A DNA stretch of 64,000 nt, taken from NCBI GenBank assembly GCA_002269645.1, contig NIVC01000567.1, positions 248,001 to 312,000 of the forward strand, written 5' to 3'. Source of the stretch: Macrostomum lignano. Lineage: Eukaryota. Both the position numbers and the translations under genes were made by a program. Positions 38,075 through 50,944 of the stretch are shown one piece after another (the first letter of the stretch is position 1; each line of letters starts with the position of its first letter). The notes beneath the pieces are model-generated. The model had not been told where the DNA came from, searched no databases, and saw only the letters and a program-made list of their open reading frames with translations.

Positions 38075-40420
38075 AACCTGGTAGATTAGAACCTGTTAGA
38101 TTAAAACCTGTTAGATTAGAACCTGTTAGATTAGAACCTGTGTTAGATTAGAACCTGTTAGATTATTATCTGTGTTAGATTAGAACCTGTTAGATTAGAC
38201 CCTGTAAGATTAGAACCTGTGTTAGATTACAACCTGTGTTAGATTAGAACCTGTTAGATTAAAACCTGTTAGATTAGACCCTGTAAGATTAGAACCTGTG
38301 TTAGATTAGAACCTGTTAGATTAGTATCTGTGTTAGATTAGAACCTGTGTTATATTAGACCCTGTTAGATTAGAACCTGTGTTAGATTAGAACCTGTGTT
38401 AGATTAGAACCTGTTAGATTAGAACCTGTTAGATTAGAACCTGTTAGATTAGAACCTGTTAGATTAGAACCTGTTAGATTAGTATCTGTGTTAGATTAGA
38501 ACCTGTTGGATTAGACCCTGTAAGATTAGAACCTGTGTTAGATTAGAACCTGTTAGATTAGTATCTGTGTTAGATTAGAACCTGTGTTAGATTAGAACCT
38601 GTGTTAGATTAGAACCTGTTAGATTAGAACCTGTGTTAGATTAGAACCTGTTAGATTAGTATCTGTGTTAGATTAGAACCTGTGTTATATTAGACCCTGT
38701 TAGATTAGAACCTGTGTTAGATTAGAACCTGTTAGATTAGAACCTGCTAGATTATAACCTGTTAGATTAGAACCTGTTAGATTAGAACCTGTTAGATTAG
38801 AACCTGTTAGATTAGTATCTGTGTTAGATTAGAACCTGTGTTAGATTAGAACCTGTTAGATTAGACCCTGTTAGATTAGAACCTGTGTTAGATTAGAACC
38901 TGTGTTAGATTAGAACCTGTTAGATTAGAACCTGTGTTAGATTAGAACCTGTTAGATTAGAACCTGTGTTAGATTAGAACCTGTGTTAGATTAGAACCTG
39001 TGTTAGATTAGAACCTGTTAGATTAGTATCTGTGTTAGATTAGAACCTGTGTTAGATTAGAACCTGTGTTAGATTAGAATCTGTTAGATTAGAACCTGTG
39101 TTAGATTAGAACCTGTTAGATTAGTATCTGTGTTAGATTAGAACCTGTGTTATATTAGACCCTGTTAGATTAGAACCTGTGTTAGATTAGAACCTGTGTT
39201 AGATTAGAACCTGTTAGATTAGAACCTGTTAGATTAGAACCTGTTAGATTAGAACCTGTTAGATTAGAACCTGTTAGATTAGTATCTGTGTTAGATTAGA
39301 ACCTGTTGGATTAGACCCTGTAAGATTAGAACCTGTGTTAGATTAGAACCTGTTAGATTAGTATCTGTGTTAGATTAGAACCTGTGTTAGATTAGAACCT
39401 GTGTTAGATTAGAACCTGTTAGATTAGAACCTGTGTTAGATTAGAACCTGTTAGATTAGTATCTGTGTTAGATTAGAACCTGTGTTATATTAGACCCTGT
39501 TAGATTAGAACCTGTGTTAGATTAGAACCTGTTAGATTAGAACCTGCTAGATTATAACCTGTTAGATTAGAACCTGTTAGATTAGAACCTGTTAGATTAG
39601 AACCTGTTAGATTAGTATCTGTGTTAGATTAGAACCTGTGTTAGATTAGAACCTGTTAGATTAGACCCTGTTAGATTAGAACCTGTGTTAGATTAGAACC
39701 TGTGTTAGATTAGAACCTGTTAGATTAGAACCTGTGTTAGATTAGAACCTGTTAGATTAGAACCTGTGTTAGATTAGAACCTGTGTTAGATTAGAACCTG
39801 TGTTAGATTAGAACCTGTTAGATTAGTATCTGTGTTAGATTAGAACCTGTGTTAGATTAGAACCTGTGTTAGATTAGAATCTGTTAGATTAGAACCTGTG
39901 TTAGATTAGAACCTGTTAGATTAGTATCTGTGTTAGATTAGAACCTGTGTTATATTAGACCCTGTTAGATTAGAACCTGTGTTAGATTAGAACCTGTGTT
40001 AGATTAGAACCTGTTAGATTAGAACCTGTTAGATTAGAACCTGTTAGATTAGTATCTGTGTTAGATTAGAACCTGTTAGATTAGTATCTGTGTTAGATTA
40101 GAACCTGTTAGATTAGAACCTGTTAGATTAGAACCTGTGTTAGATTAGAACCTGTGTTAGATTAGAACCTGTTAGATTAGAACCTGTTAGATTAGAACCT
40201 GTTAGATTAGTATCTGTGTTAGATTAGAACCTGTTAGATTAGAACCTGTGTTAGATTAGAACCTGTTAGATTAGAACCTGCTAGATTATAACCTGTTAGA
40301 TTAGAACCTGTGTTAGATTAGAACCTGTTAGATTAGAACCTTTTAGATTAGAACCTGTGTTAGATTAGAACCTGTTAGATTAAAACCTGTTAGATTACAA
40401 TCTGTTAGATTAGAATTGTT
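38075..40420. repeat. 15/17 bp satellite (TTAGATTAGAACCTG[TG]) with an 800 bp higher-order duplication
   Basis: Rare variants recur exactly 800 bp apart (38506/39306, 38741/39541, 39071/39871). Confidence 0.97.
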
Positions 40421-41431
40421 ACATTTGAACCTGTTATACACGCAGATAAATCAGCCTACATTATAAGCGCCACAATTTCAGTGTATCACAGCACAAAGGT
40501 ACCCAGAGATAATTAATTCAATAACGAATTTGACATACTCAATTGCAGCGGCACTGCTAGCATGTACAAATGTTAAAGTTTGGCATCGCCCAAGGCTAAC
40601 TAGAGAAAAGATCGAGAGAGGTGATGTGCGTGTGTGCTCCGCTCACTTTATAATAAATATTATAATTCAGTATATGCAGTTGATATTCTTTGGCGCAAAA
40701 ATCCAGAGCGACTGACTCCCTGCGCGCATGCAGTCTTGATTGGGTCACGTCTTCTGGATCACCACTAGCTAACTCCCCCCCCCCTGGCCTCTCACTCTCA
40801 GACTGCCCGCTCTGGTCTGTCGTCTGTTACCAGCACCACCCCCTTCCCGCCCCCTTAATTCCCCAGAGGCGTGGCGGTGGTTGGCTAAGGGGGCGGGGGG
40901 TAGGTCGAGAGAGAGCGCAAGTGAAGAGAAGTGAGTGAGAGGCTGATACACACTGTTGTGCCCTGGCGTCTTGGTATACAGCTACATAGTAGTGTAGCCG
41001 CTTTTTTATATATAAAACCCGCGAAGCTCCTTCCACTACTGATGCGTGATCTAGCAGGCCTCTTTTGACTTTTATATTTAGCACCCCACTGTAAAGTCTC
41101 TTACGTATCAAGTCACGTTCTCGATTGACTCAACTGACTTGACCAGTGACCAACCAGGCAAAACTTCATTGGGTTAAAAAGGGCTTGGGCGAGATCGCGC
41201 ACCCTCTGCTAAGTGCTGTGTTAGGCAAAAAATGGAGCACACTACTTCGCACTCGACCACTGCCCGCTGGTCCACGCTCGGCGCAGAAGTGTTCGCAACC
41301 TGACTGCACTGTTGAGACGTGGCGGCGGTGGACACCAAGGCAGCACTACAGACAGCAGCAACAGTGCAAATCGGCAATCCCAGCAGCTGCTATTGCACCA
41401 TCAGTCGTCGCGCACTAACCAACGCCTGTCA

Positions 41432-42244
41432 ATGCTTGACAACAACTGCGTTGCCGGCTGGAACTGCATCGATCGAGGCGAGCCAACGGATTTTGAAACT
41501 GTCAAACAGCAAAATCAACAACAACAGCAACAACAACAGCAACAACAGCAGCAGAAACTGGAGCCATCCAGGATTCGAACCACTGTACTCGGCTGTCCCA
41601 AACGTCTGCGAGCGTCCATGCCTGCTGCGGCTCGGAAGCAGGTGATTCCACAACAGCTGCCGCCAGAACCGATTGACGCTGTTGCACCGTCGCCGCTGTT
41701 TGAAACCCGTCGTCATCAGCACCGCCAGCACCAGCATCTGCACCAACGGTCCAACCTGACCGATCAATCAGTCAACGGTAGCGCCGGCACTGAAGACCCC
41801 AGAGACTTGCTACTTGAGCTCGAAGGCCAGCAGCGTCGGTTAACTATCGTTGGTCGTCAGCTGTCCAGTCCGGCCGATCTCTGGGCCCTGTTCGCCAGCC
41901 AGTGGCCGGTTGCTGTGCAGTCTCTGGGCAGCCGATGGCGCATCCGTCTCCAACGATCCGACTGGCCCAGCAGCTGTTGGCAGACTCTGACTTCGGCTGA
42001 TTCGGCGTCGAAACTGCCGCAACTGCGTCGTCTGCCGCCAGATTCGCTGCTTCTCATGGAGTCGACGTCCAGCGGTAGTGGCGGCGGAAGCGCGTGCAGC
42101 GTAGCGTCCACCTCGGCGACGGCTGGGTGCAGCTGCGAGTGCACCTGCCGGGCAGGCGCAGGTTCAACTAAAACTGCTGCTGTTGCTTCTTCCTCGGCTG
42201 CTCCAGGAGGCAGTCAGCAGAGAATTGAACGTCTGGAGGCTCAG
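41432..42244 (+). CDS. AIP3/Bud6-domain protein (SRCIN1/KIAA1217 family), 5' exon
   Basis: PolyQ, then LLLELEGQQRRLTIVGRQLSSPADLWALFASQW (like the family block LYLQYGDETK...IRALFVSAF) and QRIERLEAQ. GTGAAT donor. The frame is open from about 41312, so the true start is uncertain. Confidence 0.7.
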
Positions 42245-42559
42245 GTGAATATTAAAGAAATTTTAATTACTACTCTATGTACTCCTGAGAGAATAGTGCT
42301 GCATACAGTACACGTGCAATCAGTGTAAAACTTGCGGTAAATATTTACCTTCGCAAGTACCTTCTTCATTAGTCATCTTGTAATCCATACCACTGACTCC
42401 TGACAAGCACGCCAAGACACACTCTCTGTGCCTTCTTGAGGATTTGAGGACCGATCATGGGTGTGAATCCCGCGACAACCCCAAATGAATGTGGAATTGA
42501 TGGTCGTGGTGCCGTGGCTCAAGAGTCAGACATTTCAAGCCTGTTAAATTTCTTCCCAG

Positions 42560-43216
42560 GTGACTTCCATCGCTCGTCAGCTAGACGGCCGTCGGCACCG
42601 CCTAACAAATCTACGCGACGAGTGCCGGCAGCTGCGCTCCGCCCAGGACGCTCTGCGACGCGAGCACGAGACTCGCACCAGCGAGACCCGGCGAATGTTT
42701 GTCAGTCTCTCTAGCAACGTTCAGCGCATCCTGGCTGGCTGGGCAGATGCCGGCCAGCAAACTGTTCAAATGGTCAGCTCCGAGCAGCGCAGTCGAATCC
42801 AAGCTGAGCTCGAGTCCTACCGTCTGGAAGGCGCCGAAGTCTCTGCTCTGCTAGACGACGTCGATGCCACCACCAGCGAACTGCGGCAGGATGTCCTGCA
42901 GCACCGCTGCCGCTCCAGTTCAGCCGAGGTTGAACTGCTGGCGTTGCATCTCAGCCGAGCTACTCAACGGTTGGCTTCGTTGAAGAATCGATTTCCTGAG
43001 CTGGAGGCTCGAACTCGAAACCTACTGCGTCAAGAAGCCGACACCGTGGCTTGCGACGAGCGGCATTTAGCGGACGAACAGCAGCGGCTGGAGTCCTGGC
43101 TGCGACGAGTCAAGAAGCTGACGATGATGCTCTACACATTCAAGCAGCTGGCGGAGGCTCAGGCCAAGGAGTCCGAGGTGGCCGGGCCAAGGATGACTGC
43201 GGCTTTGGCCGAATGC
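42560..43216 (+). CDS. AIP3/Bud6-domain protein, core exon
   Basis: LASLKNRFPELEARTRNLLRQEADTV...EQQRLESWLRRVKKLT matches the AIP3 helical core. AG/GTGAGT boundaries, phases 0/0. Confidence 0.82.
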
Positions 43217-43244
43217 GTGAGTCTTCGGGAACTCTGGACATAGG

Positions 43245-44240
43245 GGATCTGGGAGGTTGGCCCAGCAACTGAGGATCTGGGAGAGTGGCCCAGCAACTGA
43301 CACTCTGGGAGCTGGCCCAGCAACTGAGGATCTGGGAGAGTGGCCCAGCAACTGACACTCTGGGAGGCTGGCCCAGCAGCTGAGGATCTGAAAGGCTGGC
43401 CCAGCAGCTGAGGATCTGGGAGGCTGGCCCAGTAACTGGGGATCTGGGAGGCTGGCCCGGCAACTGAGGATCTGGGAGGCTGGCCCAGCAACTGACACTC
43501 TGAGAGGCTGGCCCAGCAACTGAGGATCTGGGAGGCTGGCCCAGTAACCTGGGATCTGGGAGAGTGGCCCAGCAACTGACACTCTGGGAGGCTGGCCCAG
43601 TAACCTGGGATCTGGGAGAGTGGCCCAGCAACTGAGGATCTGGGAGGCTGGCCCGGCAACTGAGGATCTGGGAGGCTGGCCCAGCAACTGACACTCTGGG
43701 AGGCTGGCCCAGCAGCTGAGGATCTGAGAGGCTGGCCCAGTAACTTGGGATCTGGGAGGCTGGCCCAGTAACTGGGGATCTGGGAGGCTGGCCCAGTAAC
43801 TGAGGATCTGGGAGGCTGGCCCGGCAACTGAGGATCTGGGAGGCTGGCCCAGAACTTGGGATCTGAGAGGCTGGCCCAGCAACTGAGGATCTGGGAGGCT
43901 GGCCCAGTAACTGGGGATCTGGGAGAGTGGCCCAGCAACTGAGGATCTGGGAGGCTGGCCCAGCAACTGACACTCTGGGAGGCTGGCCCAGCAACTGAGG
44001 ATCTGGGAGGCTGGCCCAGTAACTTGGGATCTGGGAGGCTGGCCCAGTAACTGGGGATCTGGGAGGCTGGCCCAGTAACTGGGGATCTGGGAGGCTGGCC
44101 CGGCAACTGAGGATCTGGGAGGCTGGCCCAGCAACTGAGGATCTGGGAGGCTGGCCCAGCAAATGACACTCTGGGAGGCTGGCCCAGCAAATGACACTCT
44201 GGGAGGCTGGCCCAGCAAATGACACTCTGGGAGGCTGGCC
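43245..44240. repeat. 28 bp minisatellite (CTGGCCCAGCAACTGAGGATCTGGGAGG), intronic
   Basis: About 35 units. Confidence 0.96.
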
Positions 44241-44527
44241 CGGGATTTTTCAACTGCCAAGAAACCTATCATTTTTCAGTTGTCCATACGTTAAAAAAAC
44301 GCTACCTCCCTCAATTTGAGTAACTAAGAAAGCTGTTTTGTTCCTAAATTTATCACTTTTGCTTCAGCTGACAAGCCTAATTTGTAAGCTAAAAGATAAT
44401 TAAGCTCTGAGAATAACTGCCGCTAGCTTGGGGACAAAAATTGATGGATGCTGTCAGAGATTAGACTGGCTACTGACAGGACAGATGAATAAGACTTGTT
44501 CTGTCAATCACTCGTGGACGTGGTCAC

Positions 44528-46015
44528 TCTCTCCCTCTCAGTCACTCACTCCCTCTCAGTCACTCACCCCCTCTCAGTCACTCACTCCCTCTCTCAGTCA
44601 GTCACTCCCTCGCTCAGTCAGTCAGTCACTCACTCCCTCGCAGTCACTCACTCCCTCTCAGTCACTCGCTCCCTCTCAGTCACTCACTCCCTCTCAGTCA
44701 CTCTCTCTCTCTCTCAGTCACTCATTCTCTCTCTCAGTCACTCACTCTCCCTCTCAGTCACTCTCTCTCTCTCTCAGTCAGTCACTCCCTTTCAGTCACT
44801 CACTCCCTCTCAGTCACTCACTCTCCCTCTCAGTCACTCTCTCTCTCAGTCAGTCACTCCCTTTCAGTCACTCACTCCCTCTCAGTCACTCACTCTCTCT
44901 CTCAGTCACTCACTCCCTCTCAGTCACTCACTCCCTCTCAGTCACTCACTCCCTCTCTCAGTCACCCACTCCCTCCAGTCACCCACTCTCTCTCTCAGTC
45001 ACTCACTCTCTCTCAGTCACTCACTCCCTATTAGTCACTCACTCCCTCTCAGTCACTCACTCTCCCTCTCAGTCACTCTCTCTCTCAGTCAGTCACTCCC
45101 TTTCAGTCACTCACTCCCTCTCAGTCACTCACTCCCTCTCAGTCACTCTCTCTCTCTCTCAGTCACTCATTCTCTCTCTCAGTCACTCACTCTCCCTCTC
45201 AGTCACTCTCTCTCTCTCTCAGTCAGTCACTCCCTTTCAGTCACTCACTCCCTCTCAGTCACTCACTCTCCCTCTCAGTCACTCTCTCTCTCAGTCAGTC
45301 ACTCCCTTTCAGTCACTCACTCCCTCTCAGTCACTCACTCTCTCTCTCAGTCACTCACTCCCTCTCAGTCACTCACTCCCTCTCAGTCACTCACTCCCTC
45401 TCTCAGTCACCCACTCCCTCCAGTCACCCACTCTCTCTCTCAGTCACTCACTCTCTCTCAGTCACTCACTCCCTATTAGTCACTCACTCCCTCTCAGTCA
45501 CTCACTCTCCCTCTCAGTCACTCTCTCTCTCAGTCAGTCACTCCCTTTCAGTCACTCACTCCCTCTCAGTCACTCACTCTCTCTCTCAGTCACTCACTCT
45601 CTCTCTGTCACTCACTCCCTCTCAGTCACTCACTCCCTCTCAGTCACTCACTCCCTCTCTCAGTCACCCACTCCCTCCAGTCACCCACTCTCTCTCTCAG
45701 TCACTCACTCTCTCTCAGTCACTCACTCCCTATTAGTCACTCACTCCCTCTCTCAGTCACTCACTCCCTCTCTCAGTCACTCACTCCCTCTCTCAGTCAC
45801 TCACTCTCTCTCTCAGTCACTCACTCTCTCTCTCAGTCACTCACTCCCTCTCTCAGTCACTCACTCTCTCTCTCTCTCAGTCACTCACTCTCTCTCTCAG
45901 TCACTCACTCCCTCTCTCAGTCACTCACTCTCTCTCTCAGTCACTCACTCCCTCTCTCAGTCACTCACTCCCTCTCAGTCACGCACTCCTTCTCAGTCAC
46001 GCACTGGGTTTCAGT
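44528..46015. repeat. 16-22 bp minisatellite (TCAGTCACTCACTCCCTC), intronic
   Basis: Tandem array with variable CT stretches. Confidence 0.96.
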
Positions 46016-46859
46016 CACCCGCACTCAATTATGACTGTCACAATTTCACACTTGCACTTTTGCTGCTACCCTTCGCAAAGCACCGATGAGCCAATCCTGG
46101 ACGGACGTCGAGCTTCTGTGGTATTTTTCTGGCACCCCATCTAAGATTACAGTATCTTGCGTATGCAGATACGCAAAAAATACTGCGTCAGTGTTTATTC
46201 AAAACGCGCTTTGATTTATTTTGACATAATAAAATAGAGATGCATACACATTGATGTGCTTTTTTGTATCCATATATTCCATAGTTGCATTTCCCGTGCT
46301 TCTATCATCATCTCTCTCCCTCCAGTCTCTCTACCTGGACCTCATCGCTTCATTTTCAAAATCTGACATTTCAACTTCATTTCCGCTTTGGACAGAAATT
46401 TCCCGCAAAAAGATCGGGGTCGGTAGAAACACTGGGGTGTGTCGAGATTTCCGCGAAAGAGCTGTTTTCTTTTGCGTCTCTGCATGGCCGGGTTTTGTAC
46501 TTTATCAGCAGTAGCTAGAATAACTTGAAGCTTAAAGTTTGAAAAGAAAATTATTTTGGTCTCTAGGGAACTATATATATTGTAGGCCAGGTTGACTAAT
46601 TTTAACTTTTAAATATTTCAGATTTTAAGAGTCAGTTAAACAATATTTGTTACTGAAGTCTAATCGACCGCCTAATATATCGCCTAATTAACTGTCTAAT
46701 TTACTGACTAATAGTTCATCGAATTAGATCTTCTTGTCGTATCATTTTCTAATCAAGCAATCGCCTAATCAGTTTCCTTCTGAATCTTCTAGTCTCTAGC
46801 AGATTCACCAGTTAATCATTAATTAGATCATTAATTAGATTCTCTAGTCAATCGCACAA

Positions 46860-47742
46860 TCCGGCTAATCAATAGCCTAATCAATCGCCTAATCAATCGT
46901 CTAATCGATTGACTAATCAATTGTCTAACCAATCGTCTGATAAATCGCCTAATTAATTGCTTAATAAATTGTCTAATAATATCGTCTAATAGCTTGCCAA
47001 ATCAATCGCCTAATCAATGGGCTAGTTAAGCTTCTAACCAATCGCCTAATCAATTGGCTTATCAACCGCCTAATGAATCTCCTTATCAATTGCCCAATTA
47101 ATCTTCTAACCAATAGTCTAATTAATCGCCTAATCAATCGCCTAATCAATTGCCTAATCAATCGTCTAATCAATCGCCTAATCAATTGCCTAATCAATCG
47201 CCTAATCAATCGCCTAATCAATCGCCTAATCAATGCCTAATCAATTGCCTAATCAATCGCCTAATTAATTGCCTAATCAATCGCCTAATCAATCGCCTAA
47301 TCAATCGCCTAATCAATTGCTTAATCAATCGCCTAATCAATCGCCTAATCAATCGCCTAATCAATGCCTAATCAATTGCCTAATCAATCGCCTAATTAAT
47401 TGCCTAATCAATCGCCTAATCAATCGCCTAATCAATCGCCTAATCAATCGCCTAATCAATCGCCTAATCAATCGCCTTATCAATCGCCTTATCAATCGCC
47501 TAATCAATCGCCTAATCAATCGCGTAATCAATCGCCTAATCAATCGCCTAATCAATCGCCTAATCAATCGCGTAATCAATCGCCTTATCAATCGCCTAAT
47601 CAATCGCCTAATCAATCGCCTAATCAATCGCCTAATCAATCGCCTAATCAATCGCCTAATCAATCGCCTTATCAATCGCCTTATCAATCGCCTAATCAAT
47701 CGCCTAATCAATCGCCTAATCAATCGCCTAATCAATCGCCTC
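46860..47742. repeat. 12 bp minisatellite (AATCAATCGCCT), intronic
   Basis: Degenerate on the left, homogeneous on the right. Confidence 0.96.
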
Positions 47743-47755
47743 ACTAACCTCCCAG

Positions 47756-48025
47756 CTATCGAAGGCGGAGGACTCAGCCGAGGTCAGACGCGACCTGCTT
47801 CATAACATCGCCAGCGTCTGCCCCGATCACGAGCGTCGTGTCGCCGAAATCAACCGCGCGGAGGCGGCCATCCAGCGTCGACAGCGAATGATTCGAGAGG
47901 CGGCCACTCTGAAGGCCAAGAAGACGCTCACGGCGGCAGCCAGCCGGCTAAAACCAGTTCAGAAACCAACCGCCATTAATCCAGTTCCCCAATTGGTGTT
48001 TGACACTGACGCCGACAATGAGTAA
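47756..48025 (+). CDS. AIP3/Bud6-domain protein, last exon
   Basis: A cactaac branch point and a cccAG acceptor in phase 0. LLHNIASVCPDHERRVAEINRAE resembles the Bud6/AIP3 C-terminal helix. Not in the ORF track. Confidence 0.75.
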   Translation, partial: LSKAEDSAEVRRDLLHNIASVCPDHERRVAEINRAEAAIQRRQRMIREAATLKAKKTLTAAASRLKPVQKPTAINPVPQLVFDTDADNE

Positions 48026-48918
48026 CTTAATTATGAATTTTTTGTAGAATATTTCCCTGCTGAAAGCGAGTTTGGATTTTTTACAATTTTTAATACTGAT
48101 TTTTATTGTTGAATTGTAACCATATTTTCGGCAACTAATTAATTAACATCCGCAATTTATGTAGTCTTTGTACCGTTTTTCGAATCGGATCGGTATATTT
48201 TTAATTGAATAACTCGTTTATCTTTCTTATTAATTCAGCTCGATACATCAATGAGACTTTTATGAATGAAATCGTGTTGTGTTAATTTTTGTTCCACCGG
48301 CTATTCCAATTGATGGACAGCTGCAATTGCTTTTTTAATGAATAAGCAAGTTTTTATGTAAACTCAATTTGATCTCAATTTTATGCTACTGACTATAGCT
48401 GCTACAAGTTTTTAATTTTGGTGTTCAAAATTCTAACTACAATTAGTGTCGCGATGCGATTGCGTATAAATTGTTGGAATATTTGTCTATTTATTCAATA
48501 TTTTAAAAAGTCTCAATGTTGTTATTTGAAATTCTTGAGTCTCGTGTCCTCTTCAGTGTATCGCAAAGAAACAGACACAAATAAATGTTTGACAGTTGAC
48601 ACCACAGAGAATTCTTTCATTCTGCTATTTTTTATTGTAAGCGCTTTTACACTTTAAACGGCTTCGTGTGTTTGTTATTTGTAAGTTGCCCCTTAAGATT
48701 AGGAATACCAAGTTTTTTTCGCCCCCGTCGAGAGGAGGGATTCGATCCCCTCCCACCTACTTTTTTTGCTGCGCCGGAACGGAGCAACGCGCAGGCACAC
48801 GAAATTCAAGAACATGGGCTTTAAATTTTTGTTGCACACCTACTCGAACAAGAATCAAGTCGATCGCCGGCCTCCGGACCGTCCAGATATTCGACGTATT
48901 CAGCGTATTCAGCTAGCG

Positions 48919-49335
48919 TATTCAGTACACCCCTGTGCGCCAATCAGCACTGCGCGGCCTCAGTACGAGCCCCCAGTGCAGCCTTGCCAAACCTCCCAAA
49001 TTTCATCAGAACGCCGCGACCAACATGTCTGCATCAGCTGTGACTTTGTTGGTCACTACATGTATACCCTAGTCTAGATCAGCGAAGCTAGGAGAAATTC
49101 GCAACAGGCCGGGTGCGGTCTTATAGTCACCTTAACTTGTTCCGTCTGTTGAGGGTCCAGTCGAAGTTCCGCGCCGGGGGTGATTAGGCCAAGTCAAAAA
49201 AACTCGTGCAAAGCTGATGCAGACTCATACAGGTGGTCGTCGACGTGCTGATGAAATTCAGAGGCTTGGCAAGGGCCCGCACTGAAACGTGGTGCCGATT
49301 ATTGGCGAATAGGGGTATATGTAATAACTGAATAG
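48919..49335. mobile_element. Foldback/MITE-like pair of inverted, diverged arms
   Basis: 48919-49045 and the reverse complement of 49210-49335 share tattcag..acccct..cgccaat...ccttgccaa.cctc..aatttcatcag...gtctgcatcagct. Confidence 0.6.
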
Positions 49336-50119
49336 GTCGCCATGCCTTCCGAGGATTTTCCCATAGGCGCTATCTATAGTACGTGTTTTTATAGATAAAA
49401 TTGTTAAAGAAAGTGCGCGCAGCTAAGAAGTTGATCCGTGTTCTTAAATTCCGTGTCCTTCGTTAATTGCTTCGTTCCAGCGCTGCAAAAAATTCCAATG
49501 GAGTGTTCCTTTTGTAGTTCTAGTGTTGACACATGTACATCGTACATCAACCTAGCATACAGCTATACATGTACATGTAAAATCGGTTTTTGGCAAGAGA
49601 GGCAATCATGAATCATCTTAATTAATTTTGCAAAAAAATTGCTTCTTTATTTATTTCTAGAATTTCTAAAGATTTTTCTTAGCTTTTTGATACATCGGAA
49701 TTTTGTCCCATCGGCATAGATCTATTCCGCATAGACCTGTGTGCCCGCGGCACTTTCAATTTAAGTAATACGGAAAGCATTTAATTTAACTTCACGCGCG
49801 TTCAAACAAATCAATAAAAAAACAAATATCGATAAGTCTTTTTCGTAATCGGCGCCGATTATTATTTTAATTTTATTTGCATCTAATCAGGGAGCTAAAA
49901 CCATGTTTTTTTTCGATCAATTTACAAGTTTGGTTCATACTTTCAGTTTTAAGAGTACATTTATTTCTGGCAGATGTTCCTGGCACGGTTGACAACGAAT
50001 CAGTCGTGTTCTTCATGTTTTATTGCCCTTCTATTGGAGAAGTTTGCTTTGCTTTTTTGTTCAGATTGAACCCGTTATTCTCTTAATTTAGTTTAGGCAG
50101 TGTATACCTCGTCTTAAAA

Positions 50120-50216
50120 ATGGACTTTTATCGTCGAATTGTCACAGAAATTTTGCCTGACAAACTGCAGCGCGTACCTGTTCCCGACAGCTTCTTTGGT
50201 ATATTCAAACTATCTG
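50120..50216 (+). CDS. CISD2: CDGSH iron-sulfur domain protein 2, exon 1
   Basis: MDFYRRIVTEILPDKLQRVPVPDSFFGIFKLS resembles the CISD2 N-terminus (RIVKVQLPAYLKRLPVPESITGF). GTAAGT donor in phase 1. Confidence 0.88.
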
Positions 50217-50944
50217 GTAAGTAAAATAACACAGAAATATACAACGTTTTGGGATGAAAATTAGGAAAGAATCATTTCAATCTGAATATACGTTTGTTTT
50301 ATGAATGCAAAGGTAACAACACTAGAGTCTAGTCCAGTCTCTACTCCATATATTTACATAAATGATAAATTACACTCAGCTTCAGTACTTAACAGTGTTA
50401 TAATTTGACTTGCACATTTAAAATTTCCTAATATAAGGTTTTACTAGCATTTACTAACCAGTATCTTCAAAATGAATCACCTAAAATACTAATTATTGAT
50501 AGACTATAGGCATTTGTTTTTGTCTATATATTTTTTTAATTTTATTGTGTTTTTTGTTTAATTTTAACTATATTCACACATCTTATTAAATTAAATTTTT
50601 CGAGTCAAAATATTTGGTGAAAATAATATTAATAAGGCTAAGTCCTTGCCAGGTTATATTATCTAATGTTTAACCTTTTACTAAATAGATTATCCCTAAT
50701 CTCTAGCCCAAATAAATTAAATGAAGTATTTGAACTTATTAGTTATACTTAAAAGTGACCAATTATTACTATTCTAGTTTTAACAGGCTCTAGCATGTGC
50801 TATGCAATTTTAAAATATAACATCGTCCTTGAAGTACTCACCCTATATACAATCAATTTATTATTATGGTTGTTGTAAATGTCAAACCATAGAAATTTTC
50901 AACTATTGAAGTTTAAACCCATAATGTGCCACCCCATAAAGCCC

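Noticed and set aside
36675-47805. Long ORFs over tandem arrays (SHCLPLHISL, GQPPRS, SLSVTH, NRLI repeats); likewise 12419-12880, 17880-18212, 31237-32217 and 62838-63324
   Set aside because: They are translations of minisatellites lying inside or between spliced gene models, open in several frames and on both strands.
48720-48760. tRNA T-loop/B-box-like hairpin (gagggattcgatcccctc)
   Set aside because: There is no A-box and no cloverleaf around it.
49245-49300. Second hammerhead candidate (CTGATGA ... GAAAC)
   Set aside because: Stem II cannot close without consuming the GAAA, the triplet would be GUG, and there is no stem I.
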